Shown: positions 56,184 to 64,000 of the stretch, in pieces | Numbering within the stretch: the first letter of the stretch is position 1 | How the letters are laid out: every line of letters begins with the position of its first letter | NCBI GenBank assembly: GCA_964429295.1 | Contig: CAYSBL010000006.1 | Coordinates: 259-64,258 of the forward strand | DNA: 64,000 nt | From: an uncultured Rikenellaceae bacterium | GTDB taxonomy: Bacteria > Bacteroidota > Bacteroidia > Bacteroidales > VadinHA17 | Direction: 5' to 3' | Program-made: the position numbers and the translations under genes | Notes under the pieces: model-generated | Told to the model about the DNA's origin: nothing | What the model saw: only the letters and a program-made list of their open reading frames with translations | Database searches by the model: none

Positions 56184-57431
56184 TTACAGAAATATCCTTT
56201 TTATATGTCTTGAATACATATTGTCAAAGACGCATTGGGATACAACTTCCATGTGTTTATCAAGGAGCCTGAAGAAATGGTCCATGTCATTAGCTGCTAG
56301 CTTGTATGCAACATGGATGAGCTGCCGCATGTTTGGATTGTAATCGCTGACCGACTGATCGTGCCTGAGCGATGATGCGAATTTCCGGCTGTTCCATGCC
56401 CGTACTTCACCGGCCGACGGCAGCATCTTTACGTTGATATCTATAACATCCGCATACGGGGCGCAAAGCTCCTCGGTCTTTTCAAGCGCCTGAATATAAA
56501 TGGATTTCGCAAAATCAAGCGCATCTCCTCCGGCTTCCGCAAGTCCGATGATTTCTTCAAGCCAGGTTGTTCCCGCTGTTTTGAGGTGAACTCCTTTGTT
56601 GTGTTTTTTTAGTATTGAACCAATGATGGGATACAGGGCAAACTTGTCTGAGCCGGAATGAATGCTGATCTTCAGCTCTGAAGGCAATCCGAATTCCTTT
56701 ATTGCAAGATCGATCACCATGAGGTCTTCCTCGAATTCAATGCCAAACTGAGCAGGATCGCCTACATAGTCAACCCCCTTGTTGAATCTGCCTGAGAATT
56801 TTGGTGCAATTGTCCGGACAGGTACTTTTTCTTCCCCAAGCATAAGCAGGATGAAGAAGAGTTCCACAGGTGTCTGTGGCGATGCGACTTCGTCCATTGA
56901 TACTTCTGTGACAAAATTGCCTGCCCCCTTTGACTTTTCAATTTTCCTGTATATCTCTCCGGCTTTTCCGGCAGCGAAAAGGTATTTCTCAGCTATACCT
57001 GCCAATTGGTCTGCTGAACACCTGATTGATTTCCTGAGGCCGGGAACCTCAATCCTGCCTGAATATTTCCTTGCCGTTTCGAGGAAGGAGCCGATTTTTG
57101 AATCTTCTGCCCGTTTTCCTATATAGGAAGCAACGTCGATGGTGAAGAAGTCGGAGGCTGGAATAAACCTGTCGACGGTATCAAAGTTAATATGATCGGC
57201 ATCCACAAAATAGGGTCCGGTAAAACCGGCAGCCCTGGTGACGGCATCGGCCTCTTTTCTTACGTCCGGTGGCTGTGTGCCAATGATCATGTGCTCTCTG
57301 TTCGACTTGTTCCATACGGGAGTGATGTCGACACCAACTTTCCCTGCTTCAATAACAGCCTTAAGCTGTGCGTGACCCTGATGACCAAAGCGGTCACCCA
57401 TACCCATTGAGTATTTACCTAATGTCTTCAT
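56184..57431 (-). CDS. UxaE-family tagaturonate/fructuronate epimerase-like protein
   Basis: GMGDRFGHQGHAQL...NREH...FVDADHINF follows the UxaE pattern I recall (GxGDRxG...H...RE...DADH). It lacks the N-terminal extension of the Thermotoga enzyme. The gene context is hexuronate. Confidence 0.55.
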   Translation of the reverse strand: MKTLGKYSMGMGDRFGHQGHAQLKAVIEAGKVGVDITPVWNKSNREHMIIGTQPPDVRKEADAVTRAAGFTGPYFVDADHINFDTVDRFIPASDFFTIDVASYIGKRAEDSKIGSFLETARKYSGRIEVPGLRKSIRCSADQLAGIAEKYLFAAGKAGEIYRKIEKSKGAGNFVTEVSMDEVASPQTPVELFFILLMLGEEKVPVRTIAPKFSGRFNKGVDYVGDPAQFGIEFEEDLMVIDLAIKEFGLPSELKISIHSGSDKFALYPIIGSILKKHNKGVHLKTAGTTWLEEIIGLAEAGGDALDFAKSIYIQALEKTEELCAPYADVIDINVKMLPSAGEVRAWNSRKFASSLRHDQSVSDYNPNMRQLIHVAYKLAANDMDHFFRLLDKHMEVVSQCVFDNMYSRHIKRIFL

Positions 57432-57438
57432 TGCTCAT

Positions 57439-58851
57439 TTAAATGTTTTCCACCCGTTTCATCCTTGGGACAAGGAAATGCATCAGTATCCAGGCGACAA
57501 GGTAGGCTATTCCACAGAATATGAACATAATTCCGTAGCCGACTTCCGTCTTGTCCAGAGTAGTGTAATGCTTGAGAAGAAGCCCTGCTGCCTGTGCAAC
57601 AAGAATACCACCTACAGCACCTGCCATTCCTCCGATGCCGGTTACGGATGCCACTGCTTTTTTGGGGAACATGTCAGTTACGGTCGTAAAAATATTGGCT
57701 GACCATGCCTGGTGAGCGGCACATGCAAGTCCGATGACGAGTACTGCATACCATGTGTTGAACTGACCGAGCCAGCTTGCGAGCAGAACTGAAAGAGGGA
57801 ACAGGGCATAGATGAACATGGAAAGCTTTCTGGCCTTGTATGTTGCCATTCCTCCGTTCATGAATTTTTTCGGGAGCCATCCGCCGAAAATCGATCCGAT
57901 GGTTGCAATAGTGTAAACCACAGCCACTGCAATGGTCCAGCTTATCACCCCGGGAACATCAGCTCCGGTGCCTGAATAGGCAGGATTCATGTTTTTGAAT
58001 TCAAGGATCTTTCTTGCATTCTCACCATTCAGGAAAGCCGGCAGCCAGAACAGATAGAACCACCATACCGGGTCGGTCAGGAACTTACCGAAGAAGAAGG
58101 CCCATGTCTGGCGTTTTGAAAGCAGAATAACCCAGGGAACTTTTTCTGCCTTGCCTTCAAGTTCTTTCTTCTTTTCTTCCTTCTCGTCGATGTCGCTATG
58201 GATATAATCATATTCAGCCTGAGTAAGCACTCCGGCTTTCAGCTTCTGTTCAGGTGAGGCATAGGTGCGGAACCAGAATAAGAGCCATACGAGTCCGATT
58301 GCTCCCACGAAAATGAATGCCACTTCCCATCCCCAGTGAACTGCTATCCATGGAACGAAGAGAGGAGTAAGGATGGCTCCGACATTTGTTCCTGAATTAT
58401 AGATACCTGTGGCAAGTGCCCTTTCTTTTTTGGGAAACCATTCTGCCATTGTCTTGTTTGCGGCAGGGAAGTTGCCTGCTTCGGTGAAGCCAAGGGCTGC
58501 CCTCCAGATACCAAAGGTAAATGCGTTATGAGCAAGAGCGTGTCCCATTGCCGCGATACTCCATCCAAGCAGTGAAAAGGCGTATCCTCTCTTTGTGCCG
58601 ATCCAGTCGATGAACCTGCCTGCAAGAGTCATACCAACGGCATAGGCGATCTGGAAAGCCATTACCACCCATGAGTAGTATAATTCCTGGTTGGCTTTGT
58701 CGGCTCCGAAGACACCCTCTTCGGCCAGGGTTGGTTTAAGAAGACCGAGTACATTACGGTCGAAGTAGTTTACTGTAGTTGCGAAAAAGACAAGAGCACA
58801 GATGGTCCACCTGTATTTTCCAATAGTCTCATTGATAGAAGCTGCTGACAT
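57439..58851 (-). CDS. MFS transporter, ExuT-like hexuronate transporter
   Basis: A 12-TM MFS. The N-terminus YRWTICALVFFATTVNYFDRNVLGLL is typical of the ACS/ExuT family. Confidence 0.72.
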   Translation of the reverse strand: MSAASINETIGKYRWTICALVFFATTVNYFDRNVLGLLKPTLAEEGVFGADKANQELYYSWVVMAFQIAYAVGMTLAGRFIDWIGTKRGYAFSLLGWSIAAMGHALAHNAFTFGIWRAALGFTEAGNFPAANKTMAEWFPKKERALATGIYNSGTNVGAILTPLFVPWIAVHWGWEVAFIFVGAIGLVWLLFWFRTYASPEQKLKAGVLTQAEYDYIHSDIDEKEEKKKELEGKAEKVPWVILLSKRQTWAFFFGKFLTDPVWWFYLFWLPAFLNGENARKILEFKNMNPAYSGTGADVPGVISWTIAVAVVYTIATIGSIFGGWLPKKFMNGGMATYKARKLSMFIYALFPLSVLLASWLGQFNTWYAVLVIGLACAAHQAWSANIFTTVTDMFPKKAVASVTGIGGMAGAVGGILVAQAAGLLLKHYTTLDKTEVGYGIMFIFCGIAYLVAWILMHFLVPRMKRVENI

Positions 58852-58873
58852 AAAAATCTTGGATTAGGTATGC

Positions 58874-60328
58874 TTAGACATTGTAGATTGTTGATGCTGT
58901 TGTTCCTCCGCGGCCGGTCCAGTTTGTATGGAAGAATTCTCCTCTTGGCCTGTCGGTACGTTCATAAGTATGGGCTCCGAAGTAATCCCTCTGGGCCTGA
59001 AGAAGATTGGCGGGTAGTTTCTCGCACCTGTATCCGTCAAAATAACACAGGGCTGACGACATTGCAGGAACGGGGATCCCGTTGACAAGAGCCGACGAAA
59101 TGACGTTTCTCCACCCAGCCTGGGCTTTCTCAACCTTTGTCCTGAAGAACGGATCAAGGAGCAGGTTCGGAATATCCGGATTATTATCGAAAGCTTCCTT
59201 GATCTTTCCGAGGAACGCTGATCTGATTATACAGCCGCCCCTCCACATCAGGGCAATTCCTCCGTAGTTGAGCTTCCATCCGAATTCCCCGGCAGCGGCC
59301 CTCATAAGCTGGTAGCCCTGGGCATAGGAAACAATTTTCGAAGCATACACCGCTTCCCTCAGATCATTGATAAATGCTTTGCGGTCGCCGCTGAAAACTT
59401 TCCCGGGACCTGACAATATCCCGGAAGCTGCAACTCTTTCATCCTTTATTGCTGAGAGACACCTCGAAAACACGGCTTCTCCGATAAGAGTAAGGGGAAT
59501 GCCTACGTCAAGCGCGGTGACAGCCGTCCATTTTCCTGTGCCCTTCTGGCCAGCGGTATCGAGTATCTTGTCGACCAGCGGCTTGCCGTCCTCATCCTTA
59601 AAGGCAAGAATGTCCCTTGTTATTTCTATAAGATAACTGTCGAGTTCTCCTTCGTTCCATTCCCTGAACACAAGGTGCATATCATCAGCGCTCATATGGA
59701 GAAGATCCCTCATTATCTGGTAGGCTTCGCAGATCAGCTGCATGTCTCCGTATTCAATGCCGTTATGAACCATTTTGACGAAATGTCCTGCGCCGTTTTC
59801 GCCAACCCAGTCGCAGCACGGTGTCCCGTCGTCTACTTTTGCTGCGATAGCCTGGAATATGGGTTTGACTTCGGGCCATGCGGCAGGTGAACCGCCGGGC
59901 ATTATAGATGGTCCCAGAAGAGCTCCTTCTTCTCCTCCCGAAACTCCGGTCCCGATATAGAGAAGCCCCTTGCTTTCAACCAGGGCGGTCCTCCTGTTGG
60001 TATCAGGGAAATGAGTGTTCCCGCCATCAATGATAATATCCCCTTTTTCAAGGTAGGGGATAAGGGTGTTGATCATATCATCAACCGCACCGCCTGCCTT
60101 TACCATTATCATAATCTTCCTCGGTCTCTTAAGGGATTTTACCAGCTCCTCAACCGAATGGGCTCCGACAATTTTCAAGCCCTTTGCCCGCCCCGCAAGG
60201 AAGTCATCAACCCTTTGAAGCGTCCGGTTGTAAACAGTGACCTGAAAGCCCTTACTCTCCATGTTGAGAACAAGGTTTTCACCCATCACGGCCAACCCGA
60301 TCAATCCGATATCCGATTTTGTGTCCAT
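58874..60328 (-). CDS. gnd: 6-phosphogluconate dehydrogenase, decarboxylating
   Basis: IGLIGLAVMGENLVLN (NADP fold), GAGHFVKMVHNGIEYGDMQLI and a C-terminal tail. Size is 484 aa. Confidence 0.92.
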   Translation of the reverse strand: MDTKSDIGLIGLAVMGENLVLNMESKGFQVTVYNRTLQRVDDFLAGRAKGLKIVGAHSVEELVKSLKRPRKIMIMVKAGGAVDDMINTLIPYLEKGDIIIDGGNTHFPDTNRRTALVESKGLLYIGTGVSGGEEGALLGPSIMPGGSPAAWPEVKPIFQAIAAKVDDGTPCCDWVGENGAGHFVKMVHNGIEYGDMQLICEAYQIMRDLLHMSADDMHLVFREWNEGELDSYLIEITRDILAFKDEDGKPLVDKILDTAGQKGTGKWTAVTALDVGIPLTLIGEAVFSRCLSAIKDERVAASGILSGPGKVFSGDRKAFINDLREAVYASKIVSYAQGYQLMRAAAGEFGWKLNYGGIALMWRGGCIIRSAFLGKIKEAFDNNPDIPNLLLDPFFRTKVEKAQAGWRNVISSALVNGIPVPAMSSALCYFDGYRCEKLPANLLQAQRDYFGAHTYERTDRPRGEFFHTNWTGRGGTTASTIYNV

Positions 60329-60440
60329 AGAATTTTCTTTATCAATTAAACATTTGTTTACCTTGTTGATAGCTGCACTGCCGGCATACTGTTAAAACTG
60401 CGATCCCTGCTGGTCTCCTGTCCATGAGTTTTCCGGTCAG

Positions 60441-61436
60441 TCATGTTTTTAGACCTGTCTCCCTGTAGTATTCCTTTACAACCTCATCCATCACCCAACT
60501 GGTCCTTGCACCTGTAATTCCGGTGCTTACAACATCTCCTCCCCCTGAAAGAGCCCTGACAATCTGCTCAATCAGATAAAACTGTATGTTTTCAGGTCTT
60601 TCATTTGCAAATTCCTTAGTTCCCGAGGAATTGACAAGGACGATCGGGTCGTATGTAAATGTAGAGGTTTTTATGATTCCTTTATCACCGACAATCTCAA
60701 AATAATCTCTGTTGGCTTCCCTGGAAACAGTAAAACTCCAGATTCCGGTACCGACTATATTGCCTTTGAAAACGAAGGATGCTGCGACGAAATCCTCTGC
60801 CTGATACAATCCTGACTGGTTGACGGCCATTGATGATACTTTGATTACCGGTCCGAAAATGTAATCAAGGAAATCAAGCTGATGGGATCCCAGGTCAAAG
60901 AAATGACCTGCTCCCGATATTTCCGGAATCACTCTCCAGGGAGGATTTCCGGATTTTTCGGCTTCGGAAGCATAATTATAGATCTGAAAGTTTGCAAACC
61001 GTGGTTGCCCGATCTCGCCGGCTTCTATCAGATTCTTTATCAATTGAAAACCTGGTAGTGTTCTCCTGTAATAAGCAACATAAACAGGAAGCCCGGCATT
61101 TTCTGCAGCCTCATTTATCATGACACACTCCCTGTAATTTGCGGCCATAGGTTTTTCAATATACACCGGTTTTCCTGCTTTCAGAGTCCTGATGGCATAT
61201 TCAGCATGACTTCCGGGTGGAGTAGCTATATAAACTGCATTTACCTCATTATCATGGATGAGGTCATCGGCATTGGAATAATACCTTGGCACATTATGCC
61301 TTCTGGCATAATCTTCAGCCAGATGCCTGTTCCGGCGCATAACTGCAACAAGTCTCGATCCGTCAACTTTATTGAAAGCCGGACCACTCTTTTGCTCAGT
61401 GACTTTGCCGCAGCCTATTATCCCCCAGTTAATCAT
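60441..61436 (-). CDS. Gfo/Idh/MocA-family NAD(P)-dependent oxidoreductase
   Basis: The N-terminus INWGIIGCGKV is a Rossmann fold, and the EKP motif (YIEKPMA) is present. It overlaps the upstream gene by 4 nt. Confidence 0.8.
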   Translation of the reverse strand: MINWGIIGCGKVTEQKSGPAFNKVDGSRLVAVMRRNRHLAEDYARRHNVPRYYSNADDLIHDNEVNAVYIATPPGSHAEYAIRTLKAGKPVYIEKPMAANYRECVMINEAAENAGLPVYVAYYRRTLPGFQLIKNLIEAGEIGQPRFANFQIYNYASEAEKSGNPPWRVIPEISGAGHFFDLGSHQLDFLDYIFGPVIKVSSMAVNQSGLYQAEDFVAASFVFKGNIVGTGIWSFTVSREANRDYFEIVGDKGIIKTSTFTYDPIVLVNSSGTKEFANERPENIQFYLIEQIVRALSGGGDVVSTGITGARTSWVMDEVVKEYYRETGLKT

Positions 61437-62704
61437 CTGAGCTTGTCTTTAGATGCCCAAAGCCCCACAGCAGGATTTGAAATATAGTAGATCTCCTCGC
61501 CGTCAGGCATTATGTTAACTCCTTCCCTGAGTCGCATGGGATCATATTTCTTTATCATGATATCAAGATCGGTATACCTGAAATTTACCGATTCCATTTC
61601 CTGTCTGGTAAGGAATCCCGGACAGTAGGTAATTGAAAATCTTCCCTCTGAACTGCCATGAATCAGGTGTGCTGCAGCACTGAGATTATCCATAAGCTCG
61701 GGATTCTGATCGGTTGCATTCAGGGTAGCAGGAGTACCCCTGTACCCGTACTTCCTTATCAGCCTGTCAATTTCCTTGTCTTCGCCGAACTCCTTCAGCC
61801 CGGGCGCAAGTATTATCAATTCACCGTTGTCGGCCATCGCCATCCTTGTACGGTATATGCTTTTATTGCCCAGCCAGGTGCTTTTGAATTCCGAAGGATC
61901 AAGATAAACCACTGCTTTCTTAATGGGTTTTTCGAGAACGGTGAAATTGACCCTTATTGATAGGTCTGAAGCAAGTTTGAATACTTCGTAGTCATCGCCG
62001 ATATAAAGTCCTCTTATAACCAGTTTCCCATTATCATCACGGCCAATTACCGTCTGGATATAGACAACCGGAAGGTCACGGATGAAGTTGTCGGAAGCAT
62101 AGTTAAGCATCTTTCTGACCGGTGTATCGGCTTTTCCCATCATTCTTTCCATCCCGTATACGGCCCCGACAAAGTGGCTCTTGTTGATACCTTCCGGGCC
62201 GCCGGTGCCGACAAACAGGTTCTTGTTGTAGTTGGCCATGCCCACAACTTCATGAGGTACGACCTGACCGATCGAGATAATCAGGTCGTATCTGCCATTG
62301 ACGAGAAGTTTGTTCAGCTGTGCAGGCCAGGAATAGGAGAGCTTTCCTTCTGTTATTTCCGAAATGAATTCTCCAGGAACAGTACCTACGGTAACAACAT
62401 CGTTTCTCCAGTCATGGACCCTGAATAATTTTGCCGGAACTCCACTGAACATTTCGTTTATCTCAGCCGGTGTCATCGGGGAATGGGTACCCAGTGCGGG
62501 TAAAATGTCGGTAAGGCTCTCGTTGTAGTACTTGTAAACGAGGGTGGTAATGTCGCCGGCACGTGAGTGGAACCTTGTAAAATCGGGTGGCAGTGCCAGT
62601 ACTTTCTTTCTCTGCCCAAGCTTCACCAGCGCGGAGTAGACTCCATACTCCAGTTCATTGGGGCCAATCACTGTATTTTCCGATCCTGATTGATAGTATA
62701 TCAT
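61433..62704 (-). CDS. LarA-like (DUF2088) nickel-pincer-cofactor hydroxyacid racemase/epimerase family protein
   Basis: ALGTHSPMT matches the His108-like motif. PHEVVGMANYNK...(16)...H reproduces the His174-x10-Lys184-x16-His200 spacing of L. plantarum LarA. Confidence 0.6.
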   Translation of the reverse strand: MIYYQSGSENTVIGPNELEYGVYSALVKLGQRKKVLALPPDFTRFHSRAGDITTLVYKYYNESLTDILPALGTHSPMTPAEINEMFSGVPAKLFRVHDWRNDVVTVGTVPGEFISEITEGKLSYSWPAQLNKLLVNGRYDLIISIGQVVPHEVVGMANYNKNLFVGTGGPEGINKSHFVGAVYGMERMMGKADTPVRKMLNYASDNFIRDLPVVYIQTVIGRDDNGKLVIRGLYIGDDYEVFKLASDLSIRVNFTVLEKPIKKAVVYLDPSEFKSTWLGNKSIYRTRMAMADNGELIILAPGLKEFGEDKEIDRLIRKYGYRGTPATLNATDQNPELMDNLSAAAHLIHGSSEGRFSITYCPGFLTRQEMESVNFRYTDLDIMIKKYDPMRLREGVNIMPDGEEIYYISNPAVGLWASKDKLR

Positions 62705-62734
62705 TGTTTTTCTGTTATGTTGTATTAAATCAAT

Positions 62735-62867
62735 AAGTTGCTGGTTGCTGGTTACTGGAGACTTACCGATTTCCGATTACTGAATACTGAATACTGAATA
62801 CTGAATACCAGTCCCTAACTGCCAACTGCTTCCTGCCAGCTGCCAACTTTTCCTTTACCCTTTGCCA
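62735..62867. repeat. phase-coherent heptanucleotide tandem array (19 heptads, several sub-families)
   Basis: Plus strand reads: AAGTTGC TGGTTGC TGGTTAC TGGAGAC TTACCGA TTTCCGA TTACTGA ATACTGA ATACTGA ATACTGA ATACCAG TCCCTAA CTGCCAA CTGCTTC CTGCCAG CTGCCAA CTTTTCC TTTACCC TTTGCCA. It ends exactly at the SDR stop codon (62868). Confidence 0.9.
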
Positions 62868-63725
62868 TCACACCCCGGAATACGCACTGAATCCTCCGTC
62901 GACCGGTATAACGACTCCCGTAACAAATTTCGACAGGTCAGATACCAGGTACAGCAACGTTCCTGTTAGTTCCTCCGGTGTGCCGAAGCGTTCCATCGGT
63001 GTGCTTCCCAGGATCTTTCTGGTCCTGGCAGTTGGTTCTCCGGTTTTTTCATCCATTAGGAGGAACCTGTTCTGATTGGTAAGCAGGAAACCGGGAGCTA
63101 TGGCATTCACCCTGATCCCTATTTTTGAGAAATGAACTGCAAGCCATTGTGTGAAATTATTAACAGCAGACTTTGCTGCTGAATATGCTGCTATTTTGGT
63201 AAGAGGCCTGTATGAGTTCATCGAAGAAATGTTAACAATAACACCGCTCCTGTTTTTCACCATGTCGGTAGCATAGACCATGGTCGGAATCAGCGTACCT
63301 TTGAAGTTCAGGTCAAATACCTTGTCAAAACCTTCAAGTTTAAGCCCGAAAAAGGTGTCTTCAGGGTCCTCTGTGCCATCCATCTTCTCGGCTTTAGCAG
63401 TTGCAGCCGGGGAGTTACCGCCAGCGCCGTTGACAAGTATATCTATTGAGCCGAAATTCTCGTTGATTATTTTTTTGGATGCCAGAAGTGAGTCCCTGTC
63501 AAGCACGCTTGCAGAGAGTCCCATTGAAGGAGTTCCGAACTGCTTTTCAATGTCACCGGCAACTTTCATGGCTGCTTCCTGGTTCAGATCTATAATTACG
63601 GTTTTTACACCCTGGAATGCAAGGGATCTGGCCATTTCCGAACAAATGAGACCTGCACCGCCGGTGATGACTGCTGTTTTTCCTTTTAGATTTAGTTCAT
63701 TCATGTTTTGTAGCTTTATTAACAT
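62868..63725 (-). CDS. SDR-family oxidoreductase, UxuB-like (fructuronate/mannonate reductase type)
   Basis: TGGAGLICSEMA is the TGxxxGxG motif. The YSAAK catalytic motif and NAIAPG are present. The probable true start is MNELNLKGK at 63704. Confidence 0.72.
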   Translation of the reverse strand: MLIKLQNMNELNLKGKTAVITGGAGLICSEMARSLAFQGVKTVIIDLNQEAAMKVAGDIEKQFGTPSMGLSASVLDRDSLLASKKIINENFGSIDILVNGAGGNSPAATAKAEKMDGTEDPEDTFFGLKLEGFDKVFDLNFKGTLIPTMVYATDMVKNRSGVIVNISSMNSYRPLTKIAAYSAAKSAVNNFTQWLAVHFSKIGIRVNAIAPGFLLTNQNRFLLMDEKTGEPTARTRKILGSTPMERFGTPEELTGTLLYLVSDLSKFVTGVVIPVDGGFSAYSGV

Positions 63726-63778
63726 TATGGTATCCGTTAATGGTTGTATGGATGCCGTCCTGCGGGAATGGGTTTAAT

Positions 63779-64000
63779 TTAGAATTCAAAATATTCTTTT
63801 GCGTTTTTGTATGACACGCCTTCGATCAAAGGTTTAACCAGTTCATCTTCATCGGGAATGTTGCCCTTCTCAATCTGGGAGCCGATGAAATTGCATAGTA
63901 TCCTTCTGAAGTACTCATGACGTGGGAAGGAAAGGAAGCTTCTGGAATCAGTAACCATACCCACGAATCTTCTCAGTAATCCAAGTGAAGCAAGGTCCCT
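63779..64000 (-). CDS. uxaC: glucuronate isomerase, C-terminal part (ORF runs off the right edge)
   Basis: The C-terminal sequence [36 protein letters not shown] is the conserved UxaC tail. The frame is open to position 64000. Confidence 0.85.
   Translation of the reverse strand, partial: RDLASLGLLRRFVGMVTDSRSFLSFPRHEYFRRILCNFIGSQIEKGNIPDEDELVKPLIEGVSYKNAKEYFEF

Noticed and set aside
1-64000. Search for CRISPR arrays, tRNA/rRNA genes, IS elements, integrases, prophage or conjugative genes
   Set aside because: No direct-repeat/spacer periodicity of 25-40 nt was seen, and no cloverleaf-like or rRNA-like segments appear in the few spacers over 100 bp. No ORF has transposase, integrase or phage hallmarks. 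The only repeats are the 7/8-nt arrays reported above.

Overview
The window looks like chromosomal DNA from an anaerobic Bacteroidota-type bacterium. Supporting signs are a T9SS C-terminal sorting domain, TAnnTTTG -7 promoter boxes, a pectin/hexuronate gene set and an [FeFe]-hydrogenase. Coding density is high and most genes are housekeeping or metabolic. From left to right I see: a polyphosphate module (ppk1, a SixA-like phosphatase, pfkA, a CHAD protein); an orphan RACo-like activase; peptidases; a 5-gene MurK/MurQ/GmhA-like/PfkB-HAD/DHS-like operon; a divergently transcribed 5-gene heterodisulfide-reductase-like (Hdr-like) operon ending in a membrane-anchored FeS/CCG fusion; purL; M3 and phosphoesterase proteins; prolyl isomerases; tkt; pepC; a trimeric HydCBA [FeFe]-hydrogenase operon; dinB; mqnA; purB; an MsbA-like ABC exporter; a large CotH/LTD/T9SS surface protein; GH35 and GH105 enzymes; and a hexuronate operon (uxaC, an SDR, a LarA-like protein, Gfo/Idh/MocA, gnd, an ExuT-like MFS, UxaE-like). 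I found no tRNA, rRNA, CRISPR array, transposase, integrase or recognisable defence island. The best candidates for undescribed biology are: (1) the membrane-linked Hdr-like operon; (2) the MurQ-linked sugar-phosphate operon with a kinase-phosphatase fusion and a DHS-fold protein; (3) a LarA-like enzyme with an intact His/Lys/His cofactor triad inside a hexuronate operon that also carries gnd; (4) two phase-coherent 7/8-nt tandem arrays that each fill an intra-operon spacer starting at the upstream stop codon; (5) a HydA whose H-cluster L1 motif reads TSCSP instead of TSCCP. All functional calls come from motif reading of translated ORFs. No database search was possible.
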